NCBI GenBank assembly: GCA_963169855.1 | Contig: CAUJCN010000002.1 | Span: 369,154-433,153, forward strand | Direction: 5' to 3' | DNA length: 64,000 nt | Origin: Patescibacteria group bacterium | GTDB taxonomy: Bacteria; Patescibacteriota; Dojkabacteria; J137 | Part shown: piece after piece, positions 37,716-47,180 of the stretch | Layout: each line of letters opens with the position of its first letter | Numbering within the stretch: the first letter of the stretch is position 1 | Notes under the pieces: model-generated | Database searches by the model: none | What the model saw: the letters and a program-made list of their open reading frames with translations, nothing else | What the model was told of the DNA's origin: nothing | Made by a program: the position numbers and the translations under genes

Positions 37716-38102
37716 CTACACCTTTCGTTTGTCGTATTCATCAACGATGTTATCAAGTTCCATTTGAGGGAAATAATATCTCACGCCAAAAGAATATGCC
37801 CATAACAAACCAAAACCTATAATTAATGGTGATGCGCACAACATTAATAGTATCAACATTCCTTCAAATTCTAAATGATTAACATAATAACTATTAGAAA
37901 TTAGTCTAGTGATTGGAAATACTATCAAAGAAAGTAAGATTGCTGTCATTAATATTTTGGAGACAACAACTGGTGGAGAGAAACCTTTTCTATAGACATA
38001 AATTCTCCTGGTGTTGGTATCAAAGGTACACTTGCCGTATTTGTAAGATACCGCCAAGATGTATTTTTCTTCTTTATCAGAGATTCTGCTATCACTACTC
38101 AT
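37716..38102 (-). CDS. Small membrane protein (128 aa, about 3 TM helices)
   Basis: ORF plus hydrophobicity. Confidence 0.45.
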   Translation of the reverse strand: MSSDSRISDKEEKYILAVSYKYGKCTFDTNTRRIYVYRKGFSPPVVVSKILMTAILLSLIVFPITRLISNSYYVNHLEFEGMLILLMLCASPLIIGFGLLWAYSFGVRYYFPQMELDNIVDEYDKRKV

Positions 38103-38148
38103 GCAGGAATTTTACTAATAAACCACTATCGTTGCAAACCTTAGAACA

Positions 38149-38847
38149 TTATTTTATAAATATTCCCGAATTGAACTTTTTCTCAGTAACTACTGAATAC
38201 CAAGAAATTCCTAGTTCATATAACAAATTGATAGTTTTTACACTTGGCTTGATGCGGCAAGTAAACCCCAAATCTCGCTCTATAATGCATTTAAAGACCT
38301 TGTAACACTCTTCGTCGACTGGAAACCCATATTCGATTTCCGCGACGTTTAAACCCACAGATTCTCGATTTGCGTAAATACCATCTTGGTACTCTGGAAG
38401 TTCTGGCATAAACCCCGATTCTTGGATATGCTTAATTATGAAGGATGCAATCAAATACTTATATTCAGTCGCCTTACAGTCTTGTACCAAATACAATAGA
38501 TCTCCAAACAAAGTTTGGTTCTCGATTTCTTCGAAAGAAAGGTTATCGGCGACTTCGCACAACGCTTGAAGATAGAATATTCCTGAATGATCTTTCTTTA
38601 GAGTATCAAATTCATTCAGCAGTTTAATGTCTGTAATCAATGGTAGTGAATAACCATTCTTAACTTTGATTTCTACATGATTTCCGATATCTACAGCGTG
38701 AGCTTTCCGGCTTTTTGGGGATTTAATAGATTTGAGCAAGAATGTTGATTTCTTGCCCAAAGTCGATATAAATGTAATGATTTTGTCAGATACAGAGTAA
38801 TTTTTTACTTTTAGTATTATTCCCTGTTCTCTATTCTCCTCGTGCAT
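38149..38847 (-). CDS. recO: DNA repair protein RecO-like
   Basis: The N-terminal OB-fold pattern QGIILKVKNYSVSDKIITFISTLGKKSTFLLKSIKSPKSRK resembles the RecO N-domain. Overlaps secY by 17 nt. Confidence 0.5.
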   Translation of the reverse strand: MHEENREQGIILKVKNYSVSDKIITFISTLGKKSTFLLKSIKSPKSRKAHAVDIGNHVEIKVKNGYSLPLITDIKLLNEFDTLKKDHSGIFYLQALCEVADNLSFEEIENQTLFGDLLYLVQDCKATEYKYLIASFIIKHIQESGFMPELPEYQDGIYANRESVGLNVAEIEYGFPVDEECYKVFKCIIERDLGFTCRIKPSVKTINLLYELGISWYSVVTEKKFNSGIFIK

Positions 38848-40402
38848 ACAACGAGTAGTTTCTAGCTGCTCTTAGAGATGAGTATTGTCTCTTTGTATCC
38901 AAGATAACTCCTACCATAATCAAGATCGAGGTACCTCCAATGCTTGAAAGAAGAGCTAAGTTGCTTCCTGTTGATGTTAGAACTATGTTTCTTCCAACGT
39001 AAGGAATCAAAGCAATCAAACCTAAGATAATAGCTCCAACAAATGAGATTCTCAACAGAACTCCACTGATGTAGTTTTCTGTAGATTTTCCAGGTCTAAT
39101 TCCAGGAACGAATCCTCCAGATTTATTTAGGTTCTCTGCAGTATCTTTAGGATTCATAACTATGAATGCGTAGAACACTCCAAAGATTACAATCAATGCA
39201 AAGTAAACTATGTCAAAGATTAAGGTATTTGTATCTACAGTTGGATTGGTTTGAGCAAACAAGAAACTGTTTCTCAGTGATGTAGTAAATTCTGTTGGAC
39301 CTCCATTTGAGCTTTCTAGAATCGGAACAATCAGTTGCGGAATTGAAAGTAACGCATAAGCAAAAATCACAGGCATTACTCCAGTAACAGTAAATTTCAT
39401 TGGTAAGAATGATTTCCTTCCAATTTCGTCTCCTCTTAATCTTCTTGCATATTGGATTTCAACGTTTCTCTGCGATTCATTCACAAATACAACCGCGACA
39501 ACCATAACAAACAATCCTATCAGTACCCCTATAAACGATAGGAAGATAGGACTAGTAATTACTCCAGGATTTCCATTGAAGAAATCAAACATGATCTGTT
39601 GGAAGTTTAATGTCTGTAAGTCAACACTAACTAATCCAGGTAAACTCGAGATAATACCTAATGTAATAATAATTGAAGATCCATTTCCGATTCCCTTTTC
39701 AGTAATAATCTCTGATAGCCACATTAAGAACACTGTTCCTGCAGCAAGAATTAAGGCCATGAAAATAATCTTAGTTGCGTTTGGCCAATCTGAACCAACC
39801 GCATGAGGAATTAGATACAATGGATTCCCTGATGTTTCGCCAGGAACGTTACTTGCAAAATCTGTTTGAGAAATCAACAAGATGTATGAAATTGAATAAA
39901 CAAATGCTAACGGGAATGTAATGATTCTAGTAATCTGATTAATAATTTGCCTTCCTCTTTCCCCTTCTTCTTGCAAAGCTTTAAGCCTTGAGAATACATA
40001 AGGCAATAACTGCATGATAATCGATGCATTAATGTACGCTGCTAAACCTAAACCAATAATGCTTGGTGTTTCTAACCTATTTCCAGTAAACACTGTGAAT
40101 AAATAATTGGCTTCGTTAGCACCTCTGTTTTCGAAAAGTGATTGATAAGTAGTCATATCCACTCCAGGAAGTGGAACTGCAGATAAAACTCTGTAGATCA
40201 CTATGATTCCTAAAGTTACTAAAACTTTATTTCTAATCTCTTTATTTGTGAAAATGTCTGTAATTACATTGAAGAATCTGTTGTTTGGGAGCTTGAATGA
40301 TCTCCTTGGTTTGGTACCTTTTGCTAAGTTAGCGTATTGTTTATCAAGAGCCATAAAATTGAAACTAATTAAATGTATAAAATTATAGCACGCAAGATAC
40401 AA
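38831..40402 (-). CDS. secY: Preprotein translocase SecY, long form. An alternative start at 40354 (MALDKQY...) would remove a 16-aa leader.
   Basis: Ten TM helices. The TM1/TM2 region matches the SecY pattern (LVTLGIIVIYRVLSAVPLPGVD), and there is a C-terminal RQY...R patch. Confidence 0.85.
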   Translation of the reverse strand: MYLACYNFIHLISFNFMALDKQYANLAKGTKPRRSFKLPNNRFFNVITDIFTNKEIRNKVLVTLGIIVIYRVLSAVPLPGVDMTTYQSLFENRGANEANYLFTVFTGNRLETPSIIGLGLAAYINASIIMQLLPYVFSRLKALQEEGERGRQIINQITRIITFPLAFVYSISYILLISQTDFASNVPGETSGNPLYLIPHAVGSDWPNATKIIFMALILAAGTVFLMWLSEIITEKGIGNGSSIIITLGIISSLPGLVSVDLQTLNFQQIMFDFFNGNPGVITSPIFLSFIGVLIGLFVMVVAVVFVNESQRNVEIQYARRLRGDEIGRKSFLPMKFTVTGVMPVIFAYALLSIPQLIVPILESSNGGPTEFTTSLRNSFLFAQTNPTVDTNTLIFDIVYFALIVIFGVFYAFIVMNPKDTAENLNKSGGFVPGIRPGKSTENYISGVLLRISFVGAIILGLIALIPYVGRNIVLTSTGSNLALLSSIGGTSILIMVGVILDTKRQYSSLRAARNYSLYARGE

Positions 40403-40428
40403 ACTTGACTGCTAACTTTTTGAAAAGT

Positions 40429-41514
40429 TCAGGCGTTTAGGCTTAAATACAGTTTTTGCAATCTCTGTAAATACGTCAATATTTCAAACTTTTTCGAGCT
40501 TTCTTGCCCATTCATAGTCAAACTTTCCCTTAAGTCCTTATCACTAATCACTGTTTCGATTTTGGTTGCTAGATCGACTGGATTTCCAGTTTCGAATAGC
40601 AATCCATTTGTCCCTTCATTAATGATATTAGTGATTCCCTCTATATTGGATGATATCACTGGAGTTCCAGTCATTTGAGCTTCTACTAATGTCAATCCAA
40701 AGCTTTCTTGCAGCGAACATGATACAAAAAGATCTATATTTTTGTAAAAATCTTTCATATTACTAAGTTGTCCGACAAACTGAATTTTGTGATAAGTAGT
40801 TAACTCTAATTGCTTCTTCAGAAGCTTAGCTTCATAACCAGTTCCTGCAATGTAGTAGGAAATCTTATCTTGATACTTTTTCGACAAGTATTTATATGAA
40901 TCAACAAACGTTCTCCAATCCTTTAACGGCACTATCCTACCAGCAAACCCAACTTTAAAGTCATCTATATTATCTTTAAAGAATTCGAAATCTGACATAG
41001 ACTGGTTATCTATATTTGTAGGATGCACAAAGTTGTTGAGTACGAAGAGCTTTTTTCTTTGTATCCACGAATTCTTAATCAGATAGTCTTTAGTGATATC
41101 AGATACTGCAATACACCTATCCACAAACAACAGTAAAAATTTAGACAAGTAATATGATTTAAAGTCGTACTCATTACCTAATTTTAGTAAGGCATGTTGG
41201 TGAAATACAATTCTAATTTTAATCAATCGAAACAATCGTAATATCAGCAACAAGCCTAAACCTTGCCAAATCCCATGACAATGAACAATTTGAATTTTGT
41301 TGTCATTGATATAGTTTTTGAGATTTCTTAAATCTTGTATAAAATTCTTTCCGGTATTTATGTACTTATTATCTTGTACTTTTGACTCAGGAACTCTCAC
41401 TCTAAGCACAAACATGTACATATTTTGCTTTTCAGTCCAGTTTGAGAAAATACCATTGGCAATGCTAAAAACTCCTCCCATCTTTTCTGAGTGTATTAAT
41501 TGCATGATCTTCAC
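40429..41514 (-). CDS. GT4-family glycosyltransferase (GT-B fold) encoded between rplO and secY
   Basis: EX7E-type motif ESFGLTLVEAQMTGTPVIS and a C-terminal NGLLFE region. Confidence 0.8.
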   Translation of the reverse strand: MKIMQLIHSEKMGGVFSIANGIFSNWTEKQNMYMFVLRVRVPESKVQDNKYINTGKNFIQDLRNLKNYINDNKIQIVHCHGIWQGLGLLLILRLFRLIKIRIVFHQHALLKLGNEYDFKSYYLSKFLLLFVDRCIAVSDITKDYLIKNSWIQRKKLFVLNNFVHPTNIDNQSMSDFEFFKDNIDDFKVGFAGRIVPLKDWRTFVDSYKYLSKKYQDKISYYIAGTGYEAKLLKKQLELTTYHKIQFVGQLSNMKDFYKNIDLFVSCSLQESFGLTLVEAQMTGTPVISSNIEGITNIINEGTNGLLFETGNPVDLATKIETVISDKDLRESLTMNGQESSKKFEILTYLQRLQKLYLSLNA

Positions 41515-41571
41515 AGGTAGAAATTAAGAGTTATTAATATTATTCTATCGTATTTCTGGTCTAAAGTTAGA

Positions 41572-41610
41572 TTGCATAATAAGAAAGATCCCGCATTAAA
41601 TACGGGATCT
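41572..41610 (-). terminator. Intrinsic terminator after rplO: an 8-bp stem (agatcccg/cgggatct) followed by a U-rich tract on the minus strand
   Basis: Inverted repeat followed by TTCTTATT in the transcribed orientation. Confidence 0.5.
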
Positions 41611-41634
41611 AATCAATCTTAAATTTATTTGAAA

Positions 41635-42099
41635 TTATTCTACGCTTCCTCCTGCTTTTTCAATACTTGCTTTCGCTTTTTCTGAAGTCTGTAAGTTCTT
41701 AAGATTCATCTTTGTAGATACTTCTTTATCGAACAATACTTTAACACCTAAATCTTTGTTGTACTTTGGAGTTAATAATCCATTTTCAATCAAAGTATTG
41801 ATATCAATATCAGTTACTTTTAATTCCTTTGCTAACACCTCTAAATCAGAAAGTTGAATTGGTGAGTTCTTAACTTTGTTTGTAAAGTAAGCTCTCGAGA
41901 AACCTCTTAATTTAGGCAATCTTCTTGAAATTGGGTTTTGTCCTCCTTCAAATCCTGGTCTTGGAGATTTGTGTCCAGATCTTGCTGTTTGTCCTTTTCC
42001 TCCTCTTCCAACTGTATGTCCTCCAACTCCAGATCCGTATCCTCTTCCTAGTTTCTTAGCTTTTCCTATTGTTTTTGGTGATGGTAGTGTGTTTATCAT
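41635..42099 (-). CDS. rplO: Ribosomal protein L15
   Basis: Gly/Arg/Lys-rich N-terminus GRGYGSGVGGHTVGRGGKGQ. Confidence 0.9.
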   Translation of the reverse strand: MINTLPSPKTIGKAKKLGRGYGSGVGGHTVGRGGKGQTARSGHKSPRPGFEGGQNPISRRLPKLRGFSRAYFTNKVKNSPIQLSDLEVLAKELKVTDIDINTLIENGLLTPKYNKDLGVKVLFDKEVSTKMNLKNLQTSEKAKASIEKAGGSVE

Positions 42100-42113
42100 G
42101 TTCTTTGTTCCTA

Positions 42114-42686
42114 TTATAATCTGCTAGTTCTTAATAATGACAATGCCTGCACAGTTGCGTACGCGTTTGTGATTTTATTGTCTGCTCCTAAAATCTTTCC
42201 AAGAACATCACTAATTCCTGCTGCTTCTGCAACAAGTCTCATAGATGAACCTGCAACGATACCTGTTCCTGGCGAAGCTGGTTTCAATAACACTCTTGAT
42301 GCTTTGAACTTTGTTAAAACTTCGTGAGGAATAGTATTTCCTTTTAGGTTTACATGAATCATGTTTTTCTTTGCGTTATTTACAGCTTTAGTCTGAGCTG
42401 ATCTAACATCGTCTCCTTTTCCGATTCCTAGTCCAACTTTTCCTTTTCTGTCTCCAACAACTACAAATACAGATAATTTCATTCTTCTTCCTCCCTTATA
42501 CATCTTTGTGACTCTGTTTACATCGATAATTTTGATATCGAATGGATCTTGTTCCTTTGGTTTGCTTTCTCTATCTCTTTTTTTGAAATTTCTTCCTCCT
42601 CTGTCTTCTCTGTTGTTTCTTACAGCTGGTTGAGCTGTTTCTACTTCAGTTGTTTCGATTTTTACTTCTTTAGTATTTTCTTCCAT
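42114..42686 (-). CDS. rpsE: Ribosomal protein S5 with a charged N-terminal extension
   Basis: dsRBD-like domain plus the S5 C-domain (VVGDRKGKVGLGIGKG). Confidence 0.9.
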   Translation of the reverse strand: MEENTKEVKIETTEVETAQPAVRNNREDRGGRNFKKRDRESKPKEQDPFDIKIIDVNRVTKMYKGGRRMKLSVFVVVGDRKGKVGLGIGKGDDVRSAQTKAVNNAKKNMIHVNLKGNTIPHEVLTKFKASRVLLKPASPGTGIVAGSSMRLVAEAAGISDVLGKILGADNKITNAYATVQALSLLRTSRL

Positions 42687-42688
42687 AT

Positions 42689-43042
42689 TTAAATGTTAAT
42701 TCCTGCTGATCTAATACCTTCAGCTACAGCTTTTACGTTTCCGTGATATTTGTATCCACTTCTGTCGAATACTCCAGCCTTTATTCCTAAATCAACAAGT
42801 TTTTTTCCTAAATCTTTTCCTACTTCTTCAGAAGTTTCTACTCCTCTTTTCTTTGATTTAACGATTGTATCATTAGATGTTGCAATAGTTACTCTATTTA
42901 CATCATCGATAGCTTGTATATAGATATGTTTTCCAGATCTAAATACTGTTAATCTTGGCTTAGTTGCAGAACCAGAAACTGTCTTTCTGATGTGCATTTT
43001 TCTTTTTACTTTGTTTATGTTTTTTCTAATTACTGCTCTCAT
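42689..43042 (-). CDS. rplR: Ribosomal protein L18
   Basis: PRLTVFRS...IYAQ pattern. Confidence 0.9.
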   Translation of the reverse strand: MRAVIRKNINKVKRKMHIRKTVSGSATKPRLTVFRSGKHIYIQAIDDVNRVTIATSNDTIVKSKKRGVETSEEVGKDLGKKLVDLGIKAGVFDRSGYKYHGNVKAVAEGIRSAGINI

Positions 43043-43044
43043 GT

Positions 43045-43599
43045 TTATTTAGCTGATTTAGTTGATTTTTTCTTAATTCTTTCACCTTTGTATCGAATAC
43101 CCTTTCCTTTGTATGGTTCCGGCTCTCTAAAACTTCTGATTTTAGCTGCAGCCTCTCCAACTTTCTGTTTGTCGTATCCAGTTACTTTAATGTTTACTTG
43201 TTCGTCTACAGTTACTACAACTCCAACTGGTGGCTCATAGTTAATCTTGTGAGAATAACCTAAAGATAATACCAATTTCGTTCCTTGTACTTCTCCTCTA
43301 TAACCGATTCCTACAATTTCCAAATCTTTCTGGTATCCTTCAGTAACTCCAACAACCATATTGTTAATTAAAGTTCTGTATAATCCAAAGAAAGATGCAT
43401 TTTGCAAAGTATCTGATTCCTTACTCACTTTAACAACTCCATCTTCAACAACTGCATTAGCACCGAATCTAAGTGATTGGCTCAATGATCCTTTAGGACC
43501 TGAAACAAAAACTTCTTGGTGACCAAAGTCTCCACCCTTCTTTACTTCTACTGTTACTCCTGCTGGGATTGTTATTTCTAATTTACCAATTCTAGACAT
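43045..43599 (-). CDS. rplF: Ribosomal protein L6. The start is trimmed to MSRIGK to remove the overlap with rpsH.
   Basis: MSRIGKLEITIPAGV is the typical L6 N-terminus. Two-domain L6 pattern. Confidence 0.9.
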   Translation of the reverse strand: MSRIGKLEITIPAGVTVEVKKGGDFGHQEVFVSGPKGSLSQSLRFGANAVVEDGVVKVSKESDTLQNASFFGLYRTLINNMVVGVTEGYQKDLEIVGIGYRGEVQGTKLVLSLGYSHKINYEPPVGVVVTVDEQVNIKVTGYDKQKVGEAAAKIRSFREPEPYKGKGIRYKGERIKKKSTKSAK

Positions 43600-43600
43600 C

Positions 43601-43993
43601 TTAGAAAATATAACAAATGTATTCACCTCCAACTTTGTTCTGAACAGCTGTCTTGTCTGTAACTACTCCGTTTGGTGTAGAGAAGATTGCAACTCCCATT
43701 CCTCGCATAATTGGTTTAATTTCTTTGTATCCTCTGTATTTTCGAATTCCAGGTTTTGACACTCTTACTAATTCTCTAATAGCAGATTCTCCGTTTACAT
43801 ATCTCAAAGTCACATTAAGTGTATTCTGAGGTTTTGTATCTTCAACATCAAAGCTTTCAATGAATCCTTGTTCTTTTAAGATTTCGCTTATTCGAACAAT
43901 CATTTTAGTTGAAGGAATAGAAACAGTATCCTGTTTTTTCTCTATTGCATTTCTTAATCTTGTCAGGTAATCACCTATTGGGTCTCCAACCAT
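43601..43993 (-). CDS. rpsH: Ribosomal protein S8
   Basis: DPIGDYLTRLRNA N-terminus. Confidence 0.9.
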   Translation of the reverse strand: MVGDPIGDYLTRLRNAIEKKQDTVSIPSTKMIVRISEILKEQGFIESFDVEDTKPQNTLNVTLRYVNGESAIRELVRVSKPGIRKYRGYKEIKPIMRGMGVAIFSTPNGVVTDKTAVQNKVGGEYICYIF

Positions 43994-44003
43994 TTCTTAA
44001 ATA

Positions 44004-44216
44004 TTAAAAGCTATATTTTGCTACTCCAGGTAATTCTCCTGAAAGTGCTAATTTTCTAAAACAAATTCTGCACATCTTGAATCTTCGAACATAACTTCTT
44101 GGTCTTCCGCAAATCGCACATCTGTGTTTCAATCTCACTGTTTTAAAATGAGTATTTCCATTTTGAGTCTTGCCCAAGTTCTTTTTGTATTTTGCTATCG
44201 CTGCTTTGTTTGCCAT
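44004..44216 (-). CDS. rpsZ: Ribosomal protein S14, type Z (zinc-binding)
   Basis: CxxC...CxxC (CAICGR ... CRICFR) in a roughly 70-aa protein. Confidence 0.85.
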   Translation of the reverse strand: MANKAAIAKYKKNLGKTQNGNTHFKTVRLKHRCAICGRPRSYVRRFKMCRICFRKLALSGELPGVAKYSF

Positions 44217-44276
44217 AAAAACCTTTGAATTATATCATCAAAAATCCTAAATCTGAATACAGATTTACTAAATAAA

Positions 44277-44828
44277 TTATTTTCTCTTTCTTTCGAAAGG
44301 CATTCCTAACAATTCCAAAAGTCTGAATGCTTGCTCCTTATTCTTTGCAGTTGTGTTTACAACAACTTGTAAAGATCTGATCTTCACTAATGTCGATGTA
44401 TCGATTTCAGGGAAAATAGTATGTTCCTTAATTCCCATAGTGTAATTTCCTCTAGAGTCGAAAGATTTAGCGGAAACTCCTCTAAAGTCCTTAATTCTAG
44501 GTAAAGTTACATTCACTAGTTTGTCTAAAAAGCTCCACATCTTTTCACCTCTTAGGGTTACTTTGACACCGTTGGGAGTACCTTCTCTTAATTTAAAGTT
44601 TGCAATAGCTTCTGCTGAGTTTACAATCACTGGTTTTTGTCCAGTAATTTGCTGAATAACAGCACTCATTTCATCCGCTACAGCTGTGTTTGTCTTGTAT
44701 TCACTTCCAATTCCTGCGTTCACAACAATTTTGCTTAATGTTGGAATAGCAAAAGTATTATCAATTCCAAATTCTGATTTTAGTTTTGCTGCAATTTCTT
44801 TTTTGTATGTTTCTTTTAAATCTGACAT
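44277..44828 (-). CDS. rplE: Ribosomal protein L5
   Basis: Conserved L5 core (NxxxxPxxxKIVVNxG). Confidence 0.9.
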   Translation of the reverse strand: MSDLKETYKKEIAAKLKSEFGIDNTFAIPTLSKIVVNAGIGSEYKTNTAVADEMSAVIQQITGQKPVIVNSAEAIANFKLREGTPNGVKVTLRGEKMWSFLDKLVNVTLPRIKDFRGVSAKSFDSRGNYTMGIKEHTIFPEIDTSTLVKIRSLQVVVNTTAKNKEQAFRLLELLGMPFERKRK

Positions 44829-44833
44829 GTTAT

Positions 44834-45166
44834 TTATTTAACTAATTCTCCGCTTTTCTTAAAAAATCTTACTTTCTTTCCAGTTTTTTCATCAACTTTA
44901 ATTCCAACTCTACTAGGCTTATTAGTCTTAGTATCTAGGATCATTACGTTTGATGCATCAATTGGCTTTTCCATTTCGATGATTCCACCTTTGATTCCTA
45001 ACTGTTGATTAGGTTTCTGAGCTTTCTTTACAATATTCACACCTTTGATCACAACTTTAACTTTCTTTGTTTCCTTGTCTACAATAACTCGTTCGATTTC
45101 ACCTTGCTTTCCAGCATCTTTTCCTCTCATCACTTGTACTTTGTCTCCTTTTAAAATCTTATTCAT
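44834..45166 (-). CDS. rplX: Ribosomal protein L24
   Basis: KOW motif KGDKVQVMRGKDAGKQG. Confidence 0.85.
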   Translation of the reverse strand: MNKILKGDKVQVMRGKDAGKQGEIERVIVDKETKKVKVVIKGVNIVKKAQKPNQQLGIKGGIIEMEKPIDASNVMILDTKTNKPSRVGIKVDEKTGKKVRFFKKSGELVK

Positions 45167-45172
45167 ATACTT

Positions 45173-45556
45173 TTATAAAACTTCTGGTGCCATTGAAATA
45201 ATTTTATTGAATCCTTTGTCCTTAAGCTCTCTAGCAATTGGACCAAAAATTCTACTTCCCTTAGGATCTTTTGTTTCCTTTGCGATAATCGCTGCTGCGT
45301 TTTCGTCAAATTTAATATGTGATCCATCCTTTCTTCTCATTTCCTTCTTACATCTGATTACAACAGCATGAACAACATCTCCCTTTTTATAGTTAGAGTT
45401 TGGTAATGCTTTCTTAACTGATGCACTGATAATATCTCCTACATATCCGAATTTAGAGAAAGTTCTTCCTTTCTTAACTCCTAATACCTGGATAACCATA
45501 ATTTCCTTTGCTCCTGTATTATCTGCTACTTTTAGTCTTGTTAATTTCTGTACCAT
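45173..45556 (-). CDS. rplN: Ribosomal protein L14
   Basis: [20 protein letters not shown]-terminus. Confidence 0.9.
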   Translation of the reverse strand: MVQKLTRLKVADNTGAKEIMVIQVLGVKKGRTFSKFGYVGDIISASVKKALPNSNYKKGDVVHAVVIRCKKEMRRKDGSHIKFDENAAAIIAKETKDPKGSRIFGPIARELKDKGFNKIISMAPEVL

Positions 45557-45560
45557 GTTA

Positions 45561-45806
45561 TTATTTAATTTTTTTTACAAATACCCAACTCTTTCGTGGG
45601 GAAATCTTTCTTCCTTCCTGAATGTCTACAACATCTCCTACTGCTAATTCTTTTGAATCTGCAATATGCACAATGTAATTCTTGTGTTCTTTAACAGTTT
45701 TTCCGTATTTTGGGTGAGCGTATTTCTTTTCTACTTTAACCTTAACTGTGTTAGGAGTAGAAATCTTTACAACTGTTCCTGTTAATTGTTTTTTCTTAGT
45801 TTCCAT
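45561..45806 (-). CDS. rpsQ: Ribosomal protein S17
   Basis: OB-fold pattern GTVVK...KTVKVKV. Confidence 0.85.
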   Translation of the reverse strand: METKKKQLTGTVVKISTPNTVKVKVEKKYAHPKYGKTVKEHKNYIVHIADSKELAVGDVVDIQEGRKISPRKSWVFVKKIK

Positions 45807-45987
45807 TTTCTTTAGTTAATAATCTTGCGATTTCTTTTTTTAATTTTTTAACTTTAGATGTGTTTTTTTCCTGACCCATCTTAACATCAAGAGTTAGTTT
45901 TACTAATTCTTTTTTGTATTCAGCAACACTCTTTACACCTGTATCATTGCTTTCTGCTTTTGTCTTTTTTACTGCTTTCTCTGCCAT
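45796..45987 (-). CDS. rpmC: Ribosomal protein L29
   Basis: Position between rplP and rpsQ, plus a helical Lys-rich sequence. Confidence 0.7.
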   Translation of the reverse strand: MAEKAVKKTKAESNDTGVKSVAEYKKELVKLTLDVKMGQEKNTSKVKKLKKEIARLLTKENGN

Positions 45988-45990
45988 GTT

Positions 45991-46407
45991 TTAGAATGTA
46001 ATGTGTTTGTTAATTACTCTTGTCTTTAAAGATAACTTTCTTGATGCTCTTTCTAAAGCTTCTCTACATGTTGCTTCTGGTAGTCCTCCGATCTCGAATA
46101 AAACTAATCCAGGTTTAACAACTGCAACAAAGTGATCAACTGGTCCTTTACCTCCTCCTCTTACAACTTCGTCACTTTTCTTAGTAACTGGTTTGTGTGG
46201 GAAAAGTTTGATCCAAATCTTTCCTTTTCTTGCTGTAAAGTTAACCATAGCCTTTCTAGCTGATTCAATTTCTCTTGCATGTACCCATCCTCTTTCTAAT
46301 GATTGTAATCCAAAGTCTCCGTATGCAACTTCTGATCCTCTCAAAGCAATACCGTTCATGCTTCCTCTAAATTCTTTTGTATATTTTCGTTTCTTTGGTT
46401 GTAACAT
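45991..46407 (-). CDS. rplP: Ribosomal protein L16
   Basis: MLQPKKRKYTKEFRG N-terminus. Confidence 0.9.
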   Translation of the reverse strand: MLQPKKRKYTKEFRGSMNGIALRGSEVAYGDFGLQSLERGWVHAREIESARKAMVNFTARKGKIWIKLFPHKPVTKKSDEVVRGGGKGPVDHFVAVVKPGLVLFEIGGLPEATCREALERASRKLSLKTRVINKHITF

Positions 46408-46412
46408 AATGT

Positions 46413-47069
46413 TTAGTCAATCGCGTATGTATTTTTTTCTCCTTTATTAATCCAAACCTTAATTCCATGTTTTCCAGCTCTAGGTACTTGTCCTTCTACA
46501 TTAGCGTAGTCAATATCAGCTCTAATAGTGTGTCTTGGAACAAATCCCCAAGATACTTTTTCTACTCTAGCCATATCAGCTCCCTTAATTCTTCCTCCTA
46601 CCCAAATTGTGATTCCTTTAATCAATCCTGTAGCTTTTGCTGCATCTGCTGCTTTTTGCATAGCCATCTTTGGATTAATTCTCTTCTCACATTGAGCAGC
46701 AATGTTTTCTGCAACTAGTTTAGCAATGATGTCAGGGTTTTTAACCTCGAAAGGTTTCACCTCAACTGGTTGATTCACTAGTTTTGTTAATTCATCTTTA
46801 AATGCTGTAATTCCAGCACCGCTTCTTCCGATTACAACTCCAGGTCTTGCTACGTATAATTCAACAACAATCTTATTAACCATTCTCTTAATAACAACAG
46901 AAGCTACGCCTGCTGCTTTTAGCTTTTCGTTTACAAGCTTCTTAATCTTTCTGTCTACCAAGAATTTGTCTGCATAAGTTTCCTTATTGGCATACCATCT
47001 TGATGTCCAATTTTTATTTACTCCAACTCTAAATCCTACTGGATTTACTTTGTGCGAACCTCTAGCCAT
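46413..47069 (-). CDS. rpsC: Ribosomal protein S3
   Basis: KH domain plus C-terminal domain, with a GHKVNPVGFR-like N-terminus. Confidence 0.9.
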   Translation of the reverse strand: MARGSHKVNPVGFRVGVNKNWTSRWYANKETYADKFLVDRKIKKLVNEKLKAAGVASVVIKRMVNKIVVELYVARPGVVIGRSGAGITAFKDELTKLVNQPVEVKPFEVKNPDIIAKLVAENIAAQCEKRINPKMAMQKAADAAKATGLIKGITIWVGGRIKGADMARVEKVSWGFVPRHTIRADIDYANVEGQVPRAGKHGIKVWINKGEKNTYAID

Positions 47070-47180
47070 AATGTTGTTAATTTATTAAGTTGATTAAATG
47101 CTTGTTTAATAAAACCAGCATTGCAATCCTAATACAATTTATGTGAATAAATGCGATAGGATTATATCATTTAGATACCT

